A stretch of DNA of 36,596 nucleotides from the NCBI GenBank assembly GCA_036524475.1, contig DATDCF010000246.1:1-36596 (forward strand), read 5' to 3'. The notes beneath the pieces are model-generated. The model saw only the letters and a list, made by a program, of their open reading frames with translations, did no database searches and was not told the origin of the DNA. Numbering within the stretch: the stretch's first letter is position 1; each line of letters starts with the position of its first letter. The position numbers and the translations under genes are program-made. The DNA is from Acidimicrobiia bacterium (GTDB taxonomy: Bacteria; Actinomycetota; Acidimicrobiia; Spongiisociales; ZC4RG35). Shown in pieces: positions 1-8,616 of this stretch.

Positions 1-76
1 CGACCGATTCGATGTCATCTGGGAACCCGGAGATGGTGACCCGGCGAATTCGTAGCGAGCAGGGCACCGTCCCCAT
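1..76 (-). CDS. possible 5' end of a hypothetical CDS running off the left edge
   Basis: ATG at 76-74 opens a minus-strand frame with no stop down to position 1 (MGTVPCSLRIRRVTISGFPDDIESV...). Third codon positions are mostly G/C, whereas the in-phase antisense + frame has weaker GC3 and stops at 53-55. Too short for any family call. Confidence 0.25.
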   Translation of the reverse strand, partial: MGTVPCSLRIRRVTISGFPDDIESV

Positions 77-150
77 GAGTCACATTCTTGATCGCCAAAG
101 GCCGATGAGTGCCCCCCATGTATCCCAGCGCTAAACCCGAGAGAGGTTCA

Positions 151-207
151 CGGCGGGGGTGCGGGGGTCGCCCCCCGCATAATCAAGTCGACCCCCCGCA
201 TAATCAA
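151..207 (-). repeat. GC-rich palindromic (REP/terminator-like) element, copy A, with a local tandem duplication of GTCG(A)CCCCCCGCATAATCAA
   Basis: Two G-arms (GCGGGGGT x2, 153-168) are followed by two C-arms (CCCCCCGCATAATCAA at 171-186 and 192-207). TGCGGGGG/CCCCCGCA can form a hairpin. The reverse complement of 151-186 matches 8419-8456 at 32/36 positions with one 2-nt gap. It starts at the stop codon of the exonuclease gene. Confidence 0.7.
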
Positions 208-1076
208 TCAATCCACATATCGACCCGGATCGATTCGGGATCGATACCCAGCGGGGCCAAGAAGGCGTGGAACTTCTCGCGGGGGACGCCCTTCCACTCC
301 AGGTCATACAATGTTTCGGTGATGGGAACGTCCAGTCGAAGCGTGGTCAACTCCCGATAGAGCAGGGCGTCGTCGAAGCGGTCTCGAAGGGTCCCCGCCA
401 GTTTGTCGGCGCTCCTCACTTCGAGTCCCCAGTCGGCTGGCGATGGCGGGATGAGCTCCAAACGCGAGTACTTTGCCAGGACGACCGAACTCGACTTCGC
501 GCCCCACCCGGGAAGACCGGGCACGGCATCGGCAGTGTCGCCCACCAGCGCGAGGTAGTCGGGAATCGACTCCGGGTGAATCCCGAATTTCTCGACCACA
601 GCCGCCTCGTCGAGGATCTTCTGCTCCCGCCGGTTATAGGTGACGATCCTGTCGCCGATCACGGCCTGGCAGAGATCCTTATCGGGGGAGCAAATGACAA
701 CCTGGTCGACATCGTCCACCCATCTGACAGCGGCGGCGGCCAGCGCGTCATCGGCCTCGAACTCGATATTCCGCCAGACGACAACACCGATGGCTTCGAG
801 AGCATCTTCGGCCATCGGAAACTGCGAAAGCAGGACTTCATCCATCCCGAGTGAAGACTTGTACCCCGGGAACATCTCGTTGCGAAACGACTCGATCACA
901 GTGTCGAAACTCGCAGCGAGGTGCGTGACTCCCGGCTCACGGAGAAGACCGAGTGTCGATTCGACTATTCCGATCGTCGCCCGGATGTCACGGCCATCCG
1001 ACGACACCAGGGTGTCTTTGCGCCCGAAGTGAGCCCGGAACAATTCGTAGGTAGCATCAAGGAGGTGAAGTTTCAC
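204..1076 (-). CDS. 5'-3' exonuclease / flap endonuclease (Pol I N-terminal-domain-like)
   Basis: 290-aa ORF with GTG start. FEN/5'-3' exonuclease motifs: LLDATYELFRAHF, FRNEMFPGYKS, acidic EADD cluster, SPDKDLCQ, and the H3TH motif LVGDTADAVPGLPGWGAKS. Confidence 0.9.
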   Translation of the reverse strand: MKLHLLDATYELFRAHFGRKDTLVSSDGRDIRATIGIVESTLGLLREPGVTHLAASFDTVIESFRNEMFPGYKSSLGMDEVLLSQFPMAEDALEAIGVVVWRNIEFEADDALAAAAVRWVDDVDQVVICSPDKDLCQAVIGDRIVTYNRREQKILDEAAVVEKFGIHPESIPDYLALVGDTADAVPGLPGWGAKSSSVVLAKYSRLELIPPSPADWGLEVRSADKLAGTLRDRFDDALLYRELTTLRLDVPITETLYDLEWKGVPREKFHAFLAPLGIDPESIRVDMWID

Positions 1077-1403
1077 GACACAGATCCTACGACAGATTCA
1101 CCGGATGATCCCTGGGGATCGGTCTCGACGAGTTTTAGCGAACTGGGCGAAAGTCTCAAATCGACTTACCGGAAGGTGGCCGACGACAATGGCCCCGACG
1201 AAGACGAGATCAGATCGGCTTTCGCCACATTGGTCGGTGTATGGGACCAGGTAGCGGAGTCGGTGGCTGACGCTTTGCGCGACCCGGAAACACGCCAGCA
1301 TCTCAAAAAGGCGGTGAGTTCCTTTGCCATCGCAGTGGGCTCCACTCTTTCTGATCTCGGCACCGAATTCTCCCAACAATCAGACAGCTCCGAAGAGGAG
1401 TAG
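1065..1403 (+). CDS. hypothetical small acidic protein (start uncertain)
   Basis: This is the only coding-looking frame in the 337-nt space between 1076 and 1414. The product is acidic (ends ...SQQSDSSEEE) with no recognisable family. There is no ATG downstream of 1076. Candidate starts are GTG 1065 (directly abutting AAGGAG), GTG 1176 and TTG 1230. Confidence 0.4.
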   Translation: MKFHDTDPTTDSPDDPWGSVSTSFSELGESLKSTYRKVADDNGPDEDEIRSAFATLVGVWDQVAESVADALRDPETRQHLKKAVSSFAIAVGSTLSDLGTEFSQQSDSSEEE

Positions 1404-1413
1404 ACAATCGGCC

Positions 1414-2364
1414 TCAGACGCCGAGATCTATCAGCCCATTCAGCAATGCGGCGCCCGTCGCCGCGTCATCGACAGTCATCGCGAACCGGCGACCGTTCCT
1501 GAAGGTTATCTCGAGGGCTTCACCCCTCCTCAACACGATCGCCGACGCTCCCGGAGACACCCTCCAACCCCATCCACCCCATTCCTTGGGTTCGAGCTCA
1601 ATCGAGCGGGCCGAGGAGATCTCATCCACTCCGATCATGCGGACGGGAACCCCTCCGAGCCGGACCCGCAAGCCATCGTTGGTCACATTGGCTTCGACCT
1701 GACTCATCACGATGCCGAGCCCGACCACGCCGAGAAAGACCCAGAGTGGGATTGATGGAAACGCAAAAAGAAGGAACAGGCCAATGCCGAGGAAGCTGAG
1801 AGCCATCCAACGAACCCTGACCCGCCCGACCCAGCTCACTCTTTCGCCCGGTCCGATCTCCGACGCCAGCCGGTCTTCGCCATCGGCCATCGGGAGATCT
1901 CTGATGGGATACCACTCCCGACCGAGCACAATTCCGGCCAGCAACCCGAGCAGTGAGATAACAAAAAGACCGACTATCGCCCAGATCGACAACGGTGCCG
2001 CTCCGGTCCATTCGGCAACACCCCAGTTGGCGATAACGGTCAGCAGAGTTATCGCAAGGCCAAGAGCGCCGAGCATCCCGACGATTGCGAATGCCTCCAT
2101 CGAGGGTTCCGACCCAATCCGAAATTGCAAGCTGAGCAAGAGACCGAGGGCAATGACCGCTGCTGCGACCGCCAGGACCGCCCACCTCGGGGCAGAACCG
2201 TCGGCGACGCCCGCACCATTCCAGTGAATCGCAACTTCTGATGGCAGGTTCGCCCAGGCGATGAATAGGACGCCGGCACACAGGGCGAGCCAGAGGCCGG
2301 ACCACAGTAAAAGCCGGCGGGTCCCGATAGAGGTCGGACGACTGCCATTTTCGGAAAGGGCCAT
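1414..2364 (-). CDS. integral membrane protein, DUF1648/SdpI-like N-terminus with a soluble C-terminal domain
   Basis: 316-aa ORF. An N-terminal TM helix is followed by NLPSEVAIHWNGAGVADG, the pattern typical of DUF1648. There are several further hydrophobic helices and a roughly 90-aa non-membrane C-terminus. Confidence 0.7.
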   Translation of the reverse strand: MALSENGSRPTSIGTRRLLLWSGLWLALCAGVLFIAWANLPSEVAIHWNGAGVADGSAPRWAVLAVAAAVIALGLLLSLQFRIGSEPSMEAFAIVGMLGALGLAITLLTVIANWGVAEWTGAAPLSIWAIVGLFVISLLGLLAGIVLGREWYPIRDLPMADGEDRLASEIGPGERVSWVGRVRVRWMALSFLGIGLFLLFAFPSIPLWVFLGVVGLGIVMSQVEANVTNDGLRVRLGGVPVRMIGVDEISSARSIELEPKEWGGWGWRVSPGASAIVLRRGEALEITFRNGRRFAMTVDDAATGAALLNGLIDLGV

Positions 2365-2406
2365 AATGTGAGCCGGACTCTAAATCGACCAAGGTGAAAC
2401 AGGCTT

Positions 2407-3210
2407 ATGGCATATCCGCTCGTCGGACCGGAATCTCTCGCCGCTACGTTGCCGCGGCGGGGCCTGTACGACGTCAGATGGCGCCTCGGTGATCCAGATT
2501 TTGGACGGCGCGCCTATGGCGAAGCCCACATTCCGGGCGCGGTTTTTGTCGATTTGGATACCGACCTCAGCGGGCCTCCAGGACGTGATGGGCGGCATCC
2601 GTTACCGGATCCCCGATCGTTTCTCACAACACTGCGACGTCTCGGAATCGGCGAAGAAACCGATGTGGTGGTCTACGACGACGCCACCGGGATAGTCGCA
2701 GCACGGATGTGGTGGATGCTCAGCTCGATCGGACATCAACGAGTACAACTCTTGGAGGGGGGAATTCAAGGGTGGATCGGAGCGGGCCTGCCGGTCGAAG
2801 CCGGCACCGTGGAATCCGAGCCCTCGATGTATCCGGGGCCGATTGCTTTCTCTGGCGTCGTCACAATCGATGAGTTGGCGGGACGGCAATTGGTCGACGT
2901 AAGAGCGCAAGGGCGTTATCTGGGTGAATACGAGCCGGTCGACCCGCGTCCGGGCCATATCCCCGGGGCAGTGAACGTGCCGACTACGGAGGCGTTGGTT
3001 GGAGACAAATTCGCTGAAAGAGACCACCTGACCGCCGTATATCGAGATCTCAATGACCCGGTCTTCTCTTGCGGATCGGGCGTCAATGCATGTCATTCGG
3101 CGTTGGCGATGGTTGCTGCCGGGTTCCCGATGCCGGACATCTATGTCGGGTCATATTCGGAGTGGTCGCGCTCGGACCGTCCGGTCGCCACAGGTGCGGA
3201 GCCCGATTGA
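2407..3210 (+). CDS. sseA: 3-mercaptopyruvate/thiosulfate sulfurtransferase (tandem rhodanese)
   Basis: 267-aa ORF. The first rhodanese domain contains HIPGAVFVDLDTDL. The second contains HIPGAVNVP and the active-site loop CGSGVNACH (CGSGVxA type, characteristic of SseA/MST enzymes). Confidence 0.88.
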   Translation: MAYPLVGPESLAATLPRRGLYDVRWRLGDPDFGRRAYGEAHIPGAVFVDLDTDLSGPPGRDGRHPLPDPRSFLTTLRRLGIGEETDVVVYDDATGIVAARMWWMLSSIGHQRVQLLEGGIQGWIGAGLPVEAGTVESEPSMYPGPIAFSGVVTIDELAGRQLVDVRAQGRYLGEYEPVDPRPGHIPGAVNVPTTEALVGDKFAERDHLTAVYRDLNDPVFSCGSGVNACHSALAMVAAGFPMPDIYVGSYSEWSRSDRPVATGAEPD

Positions 3211-4163
3211 TCAACCAACGAACCGTCGATGCAATCGAGGCCTCCGACACCGATGAGTTGCTCCGGATCGTTGACGGATACTGCGCCGTCAAGGATTGGG
3301 ACCTACTGCTATCGATCCGCCAGCGTTGCCAGGAGGCGCTTACCAGGGGCAAGCAACTCTGGGGCGTCGATGAGCACATACGCTACCGTCTGGCCCTCGA
3401 GGCACCGGCTAAATGGGCGGGACCAGTAGTGGCGGAGGGACGAGGGAGATTCACCCTCGGACCCCTTCCCGAGGTCGCAGCCAGCCGAAAGACTTGGGCA
3501 GAAATGGAGCCGTTCCTGGAGCACGGTCCGGATCGGATGACCTTCGCGGCAGAGCGGATCATCCGTCGGGACGGAGTCGACGACGTTTTAGAACTCCCCG
3601 ATTTACAGGAATGGGAACCGACCTATTCCGTCCCCATCTATAAGTCGGACCGTATCGAGACACCATCGCCGAAACTGCCTCCGGGGAAAAAAGTGACTCT
3701 TCCTGGTGAGTTCAGCATCGCCGACGACCCGATCTCAGAACAGGCGCTCAACGATCTCGTCGAACCATGGGTCACTCAGTCCAACGGGAGGAGCCAAACC
3801 GTCACAGTCGATGGAACGCCACTCCAGGCGATCGCCGCCCTCGGCCTCAGGGAAGCCCATATCGTACGGCTCGACCCCTCCCAGGCCCTGGCGATCATGG
3901 GATGGACGGCATCCTCGGGTGGCGCCCACGGAGATCGACGGGGGGCGGCGGCTGGCAGATACCTCGCCTGGTGGGTGGTGGCATCGTTGTCTGACATGGA
4001 CTGGCCCGCACCGGCCGATGACATCGGAACCGCGGTGAACGGGTTGGGGTGGCTGTGGTTCGACGACAACAGTCCCGATTCGGGATGGGCCCTCCGGCTC
4101 GCCGTTGGTGATCCCGATAGCGGTCTCGCCTGGGCAATATCAGCGAGCGACCTCGCCGACTAG
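3207..4163 (+). CDS. hypothetical protein, translationally coupled to the sulfurtransferase gene
   Basis: Long open frame. The only plausible start after the upstream gene is TTG 3207, which forms a TTGA overlap with the sseA stop. The part of the track ORF upstream of this (from 3069) lies inside sseA in another frame. No family recognised. Confidence 0.65.
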   Translation: MINQRTVDAIEASDTDELLRIVDGYCAVKDWDLLLSIRQRCQEALTRGKQLWGVDEHIRYRLALEAPAKWAGPVVAEGRGRFTLGPLPEVAASRKTWAEMEPFLEHGPDRMTFAAERIIRRDGVDDVLELPDLQEWEPTYSVPIYKSDRIETPSPKLPPGKKVTLPGEFSIADDPISEQALNDLVEPWVTQSNGRSQTVTVDGTPLQAIAALGLREAHIVRLDPSQALAIMGWTASSGGAHGDRRGAAAGRYLAWWVVASLSDMDWPAPADDIGTAVNGLGWLWFDDNSPDSGWALRLAVGDPDSGLAWAISASDLAD

Positions 4164-4178
4164 CCGGTTTCTGCACCC

Positions 4179-5825
4179 CTATGCGGCCGAGACATTCACA
4201 CCGATCATGTGATAGCCGGTAGCCCCATTGGGCGCTGGAGGGGCCAATTCATCGGTCTGGGTGTCGCCATTTCCATCGGTGGCCCGGACAGTGAGGAGCT
4301 GGCGGCCCGGCTCCGGGGTCCAGGGAACCTGCCATTGCACCCAGGTGTCTTCGGAAAGCGGTTCAGAAAGTTCAGCTCTCGTCCACTCGGAGTTTTGACC
4401 TAATTGGACTTCGACCATGGAAATACCGCGATGCGGGGCCCACGCCACGCCGGCAACGATGCGTTCCCCGGAATCGATGTTGGCCCCGCGTGTCGGGGTG
4501 TCGATACGGCTCTGTGTCTTGATCGGCGCTTCCTTGGACCATCCCCGCGGCACCCAGTAGGCATCGAATTCATCCCACCCGGTCAATTCGATCTCCGCGA
4601 GCCACTTTGTTGCGGAGACATATCCGTAGAGCCCGGGTACCACCAAACGCGCAGGGAAACCATGTTCAATCGGGAGTGGCTCTCCATTCATTCCGACGGC
4701 GACGAGCGCATCACGGCCGTCCATCGCCACCTCGACAGGGAAACCCACTGTGAACCCGTCGGATTCGACCGATCGACCCACCAACTGTTCAGCATCGTCT
4801 CTGACGCCAGCCCGGTTCAGAATGTCGATGAGCGGGACACCCAACCACTTCGCATTGCCGATCAGGTCTCCCCCGACCTGGTTGGAAACACAGGACAGGG
4901 TGACGTACCGTTCCACCATGTCCATACCCAGCAACTCGTCGAAGTCGATCTTGTAAGGATTGTCGACCCGCCCCCCGACTTTGAGACGCCATTCCGGGAG
5001 ATTGATCCGGGGCAACGTGAAGGCAGTGTCGATTCGATAGAAGTCCTGATTCGAGACGACCACGGGGGTGAGTTCTGGAATCCCGAACTCGGCGGCGGCA
5101 GGCACCGGCACCACCGGGTCGACGGCGGCCGGGAGCACGACCTCGGCCCGTCCCGCAGCAACCACCTTTCCCCGCTCGATCAGACTCCTACCGAAGGCAG
5201 CCGAGATTGCAGCAAGGCCCAAGACCGCTCCTGCTCCGACGAGAAAGGCCCTCCTCGAACCCGAGGTCTCCCCAGGGGCCGCCGATTCGGAGAGCGAGTA
5301 GAGCCACTGAAGCGAAGCCAACCCGGCGAGGGCGGCGACACCTGACGGAATCAGGGCCAGGCCCAGCGACACTCCCGTACTGCTCGCCCCGGCGAGAGCA
5401 CCGAGCACCGCAAAGCCGATGAACACTGCGATCGCTATCCAGAACCGCTTCCGGGCGACGACACCGACCACGAACCCAAGAATGAGCGTGACGAAAACGA
5501 TGCTGATCGCCAATACGAGCTTGTCGTTGGTACCGAAGGTCTCGATTGCGAAGTCTTTCAACGGTTTCGGCACCACGTCGATAACCCAGTTGCCGAGGCT
5601 CTCCACGATCGAAGGCAACGTCGCAACCGCTCCCGCTACGAATTCGGAGACGCCCAGCGCCAATGCTGCCGAGAGAAGACCGGAAATCCCATCCCGGAGC
5701 CAGTGAGTCGGAACCGGGACCACGACCGGTTCAGAGGCAATTGCGGTTGTCACTCCAGCAACGCTAGGTGCCTGCGTGCTAAATACAGCTAAACCGCTGC
5801 CGACAAGGTCAAACCGGTACCGCAA
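4179..5825 (-). CDS. molybdopterin-dependent oxidoreductase, sulfite-oxidase family, with N-terminal multi-TM domain
   Basis: 548-aa ORF. The hydrophobic N-terminal third contains FGTNDKLVL. The SUOX-fold catalytic part has the conserved Cys context YVTLSCVSNQVGG and HGFPARLVVPGLYGYVSATKWL, followed by an Ig-like C-terminal domain. The start may lie downstream of 5825, since the ORF overlaps tag by 17 nt. Confidence 0.85.
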   Translation of the reverse strand: MRYRFDLVGSGLAVFSTQAPSVAGVTTAIASEPVVVPVPTHWLRDGISGLLSAALALGVSEFVAGAVATLPSIVESLGNWVIDVVPKPLKDFAIETFGTNDKLVLAISIVFVTLILGFVVGVVARKRFWIAIAVFIGFAVLGALAGASSTGVSLGLALIPSGVAALAGLASLQWLYSLSESAAPGETSGSRRAFLVGAGAVLGLAAISAAFGRSLIERGKVVAAGRAEVVLPAAVDPVVPVPAAAEFGIPELTPVVVSNQDFYRIDTAFTLPRINLPEWRLKVGGRVDNPYKIDFDELLGMDMVERYVTLSCVSNQVGGDLIGNAKWLGVPLIDILNRAGVRDDAEQLVGRSVESDGFTVGFPVEVAMDGRDALVAVGMNGEPLPIEHGFPARLVVPGLYGYVSATKWLAEIELTGWDEFDAYWVPRGWSKEAPIKTQSRIDTPTRGANIDSGERIVAGVAWAPHRGISMVEVQLGQNSEWTRAELSEPLSEDTWVQWQVPWTPEPGRQLLTVRATDGNGDTQTDELAPPAPNGATGYHMIGVNVSAA

Positions 5826-6405
5826 AATCGTTGCGCGCTGCTCTCACCATGGGTGAGACGAAACAGTTCGGAACATGGTCGTTGACAAGACCCATCGCCT
5901 GCATGAACGCATAAGCAGTGGTCGGGCCAACAAACCTGAACCCTCGCCTCTTCAAATCTCGGGACATTGCCAGCGACTCCGGAGAGGTCGAGCGAGTCGG
6001 ATCTGACCTCCTTGGCTCATAGGTCCAAACGTAAGCTGCAAAGGATCCGAATTCGGCAATCACCGCCCCCAAGTTGTTCGCATTGTTGATGGTCGCCTCG
6101 ATCTTGCCGCGATGCCGAACAATGGTCGGGTCTGCAAGCAGCCTCTCGACATCCTCGCTACTCATCGAAGCAACCCGGGTGAAGTCGAAGTCATAGAAGA
6201 CCCTCCGAAAGTCATCACGCTTGCGAAGAATGGTCAACCACGACAGTCCACTTTGAAAACCCTCGAGACAGATCTTCTCGAACAGCAAGAAGTCATCGCT
6301 CACGGGAAAGCCCCATTCGGTGTCGTGATAAACCAGATAGTCCGGGGTCGAGACACCCCAACTGCAACGTGGCTTACCGTCGTCACCCGTCACAAGATCT
6401 GGCAT
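5809..6405 (-). CDS. tag: DNA-3-methyladenine glycosylase I
   Basis: 198-aa ORF with the Tag signature: CSWGVSTPDYLVYHDTEWGFPV...LFEKICLEGFQSGLSWLTILRKRDDFRRVFYDFD. Confidence 0.9.
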   Translation of the reverse strand: MPDLVTGDDGKPRCSWGVSTPDYLVYHDTEWGFPVSDDFLLFEKICLEGFQSGLSWLTILRKRDDFRRVFYDFDFTRVASMSSEDVERLLADPTIVRHRGKIEATINNANNLGAVIAEFGSFAAYVWTYEPRRSDPTRSTSPESLAMSRDLKRRGFRFVGPTTAYAFMQAMGLVNDHVPNCFVSPMVRAARNDFAVPV

Positions 6406-6470
6406 CTCCGGAGATTACCGCTCCCATCCGCAACTCAGCACGGCACGACGCGCCACTCTAAAGTCCGGTC

Positions 6471-7610
6471 ATGATCGAGCGCCCAGAGTTCACTATCGGG
6501 ATCGAAGAGGAATATCTCGTGGTAGATCGCGAGACTCGCGACTTGATCAAGCGGCCGCCCGATTCAATGTGGAAGGCCCTCGAAAACGTTCTCGGATCTC
6601 AGGTAACCCACGAATTCTTGAAGGCCCAGATCGAGGTGGGGACCAGAGTCTGCGCAACGGTTGCAGAAGCACGAGCAGATCTGGCCAGGATGCGGACCGG
6701 CCTCAATGCGGTGGTCACCGAATATGGCGCAGCCATCATCGCATCCTCGACCCACCCCTTCGCTAACTGGTCGGAACAGGAAACGACGGAGGATCCGCGG
6801 TATATGCGCCTGGCTTCGGACTACCAGCAAGTTGCCCGGCAACTGGTCATTTGCGGAATGCATGTCCACGTGGGAATCGAAGACCCCCACCTCCGGATCG
6901 ACCTCATGAACCAGGTCAAATACATGCTCCCTCACATGCTCGCATTGAGCACCTCATCGCCCTTCTGGGCTGGCGAGCCCACCGGCCTCCTCGCCTATCG
7001 ACTCGTGATTTTTCAGAATCTCCCGAGGACCGGGGTTCCCGAGGAGTTCGCCTCATGGGGGGAGTATGAGAGGACCGTTGCGATTCTGGTCGACGCCGGA
7101 CTCATCGAGGACGGGACCAAGCTCTGGTGGGACATCCGGCCGTCGAGCCGATACCCGACGCTCGAAATGCGGGTATCCGACGTCTGTACACGGCTTGACG
7201 ATGCGATGACAGTTGCCGCTCTCTACCAGACCCTCCTCGCCTATCTCTACCGTCTCCGACGGGAAAACCAACGGTGGCGCACCTACTCCCCGATGATGAT
7301 CGAAGAGAATTTGTGGCGTGCTCAGCGTTACGGAGTGGATGGTTCGTTGGTCGACTTCGGGAAGGGTCAATTGGTCGAGTACTCCGAGCTGATCGAGGAA
7401 TTCATCGAGCTCCTGGCCCATGACGCAGTCGAGTTCGGGGTGCGCGACCAGCTACGCCATGCCCGAACCATCGTCCAGGAAGGTACCAGCGCCCACCGTC
7501 AGCTCGAGACGTACAACAACGCTCTCAACAGTGGCGCCGAGCAGAAGGACGCTCTGAATGCTGTGGTCGACGAATTGATCATCGACACGATGTACGGGAT
7601 CGACGTTTAG
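6471..7610 (+). CDS. carboxylate-amine ligase, glutamate-cysteine ligase family 2 (YbdK type)
   Basis: 379-aa ORF. GCS2 motifs: N-terminal FTIGIEEEYLVVD, GMHVHVGI, and WWDIRPSSRYPTLEMRVSD. Confidence 0.9.
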   Translation: MIERPEFTIGIEEEYLVVDRETRDLIKRPPDSMWKALENVLGSQVTHEFLKAQIEVGTRVCATVAEARADLARMRTGLNAVVTEYGAAIIASSTHPFANWSEQETTEDPRYMRLASDYQQVARQLVICGMHVHVGIEDPHLRIDLMNQVKYMLPHMLALSTSSPFWAGEPTGLLAYRLVIFQNLPRTGVPEEFASWGEYERTVAILVDAGLIEDGTKLWWDIRPSSRYPTLEMRVSDVCTRLDDAMTVAALYQTLLAYLYRLRRENQRWRTYSPMMIEENLWRAQRYGVDGSLVDFGKGQLVEYSELIEEFIELLAHDAVEFGVRDQLRHARTIVQEGTSAHRQLETYNNALNSGAEQKDALNAVVDELIIDTMYGIDV

Positions 7611-7612
7611 GG

Positions 7613-8422
7613 TTGGGCAGCAGCAAACCAGGAGATCCATTGTCACACAAAGTCAAAATTGGAGTTCAACTCCAACCCCAACACGCCGACTTCGCCGATA
7701 TCCGCCGTGCGGTAATCAGGGCCGAGGAGATCGGCGTGGACGCCATCTTCAACTGGGATCACTTCTACCCGTTGTCGGGCGATCCTGACGGGAAACACTT
7801 CGAGTGCTGGACGATGCTCGGGTCGTGGGCGGAGATAACAGAGCGAGCCCAGATCGGTGCTCTGGTGGTCTGCAATTCCTACCGGAATCCCGAGCTACTC
7901 GCCGACATGGCGCGCACAGTAGACCACGCTTCCGAGGGCCGTCTCATCCTCGGGATTGGTGCAGGATGGTTCGAGAAGGACTACGACGAGTACGGCTACG
8001 AATTCGGGACCGCCGGGTACCGACTCGCCGACCTGAAACGGGCCCTCCCCAGGATCAAGGACCGACTGAGAAAGTTGAATCCGGCGCCCATTCGGGAGAT
8101 CCCGATCATGATCGGTGGTGGTGGCGAGAAGAAGACTCTCCGCTACACAGCCGAGTTTGCCGATATGTGGCACGGTTTTGGCGATGCCGAGAGGATTCGC
8201 CACAAGAACGGGGTCCTCGATGAATGGTGCAGGAAGCTGGAGCGAGACCCTGCCGAGATCGAGCGATCGTGTGGGGCCAACCCGAAACGAGTCGAGTCAG
8301 CCGACGACCTCTACCGTGCGGGCGCAACTCTTTTCACCCTCGGATTCGACGGCACCACCAACTACGACATGGCCATGGTCGCGGATTGGATCGCCTGGCG
8401 CGACGAAAAAAACGCGAGTTAA
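7613..8422 (+). CDS. LLM-class (luciferase-like) F420-dependent oxidoreductase
   Basis: 269-aa ORF. It shows the typical LLM pattern: IGVQL...AEEIGVDAIFNWDHF, CWTMLGSWA, NSYRNPELLADMARTVDHASEGRLILGIGAGW. TTG 7640 is preceded by GGAG at 7631-7634 and is an alternative, better-supported start. Confidence 0.82.
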   Translation: MGSSKPGDPLSHKVKIGVQLQPQHADFADIRRAVIRAEEIGVDAIFNWDHFYPLSGDPDGKHFECWTMLGSWAEITERAQIGALVVCNSYRNPELLADMARTVDHASEGRLILGIGAGWFEKDYDEYGYEFGTAGYRLADLKRALPRIKDRLRKLNPAPIREIPIMIGGGGEKKTLRYTAEFADMWHGFGDAERIRHKNGVLDEWCRKLERDPAEIERSCGANPKRVESADDLYRAGATLFTLGFDGTTNYDMAMVADWIAWRDEKNAS

Positions 8423-8472
8423 TTGTGCGGGGGACGACCCCCCTGCACCCCCGCTGGTTGATCCCCCGCGCA
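8419..8472 (+). repeat. GC-rich palindromic (REP/terminator-like) element, copy B
   Basis: TTAATTGTGCGGGGGACGACCCCCCTGCACCCCCGCTG matches the reverse complement of 151-186 (32/36 identical, 2-nt gap). It begins on the TAA stop of the LLM gene. A third C-arm (TTGATCCCCCGCGCA) follows at 8458-8472. Confidence 0.7.
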
Positions 8473-8616
8473 GGCACGTTTTACTGTCCCCCCGAAGGAG
8501 CGGAGCGACGCATGGGGAAGGCTCCGCCGATTGCTCAGCGGTAGGGAGGATTCCGACTCGCGTCAGATCAGCACGCGGGTCTCGGGATCCCCCTTACTTC
8601 CGGACCTGGCTGACTC

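Noticed and set aside
2-55. Possible 3' end of a + strand gene (...DRFDVIWEPGDGDPANS*) at the left edge.
   Set aside because: Its third-position GC is clearly lower than that of the in-phase minus-strand frame starting at ATG 76. I prefer the minus-strand reading, though only at low confidence.
8494-8544. Mini-ORF MGKAPPIAQR (ATG 8512) preceded by GAAGGAG, a possible leader peptide.
   Set aside because: No downstream + strand gene exists for it to regulate (lgt is convergent). It is 10 codons long and overlaps a hairpin. It is most likely fortuitous.
8480-8616. tRNA or tRNA-Sec-like fragments (GCTCAGCGGTAGGGA, GGGTCTCGGGATCCC) in the LLM-lgt spacer.
   Set aside because: I could not build a cloverleaf on either strand. 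There is no acceptor stem, no T-loop consensus (GTTCRANYC) and no anticodon arm with UCA.
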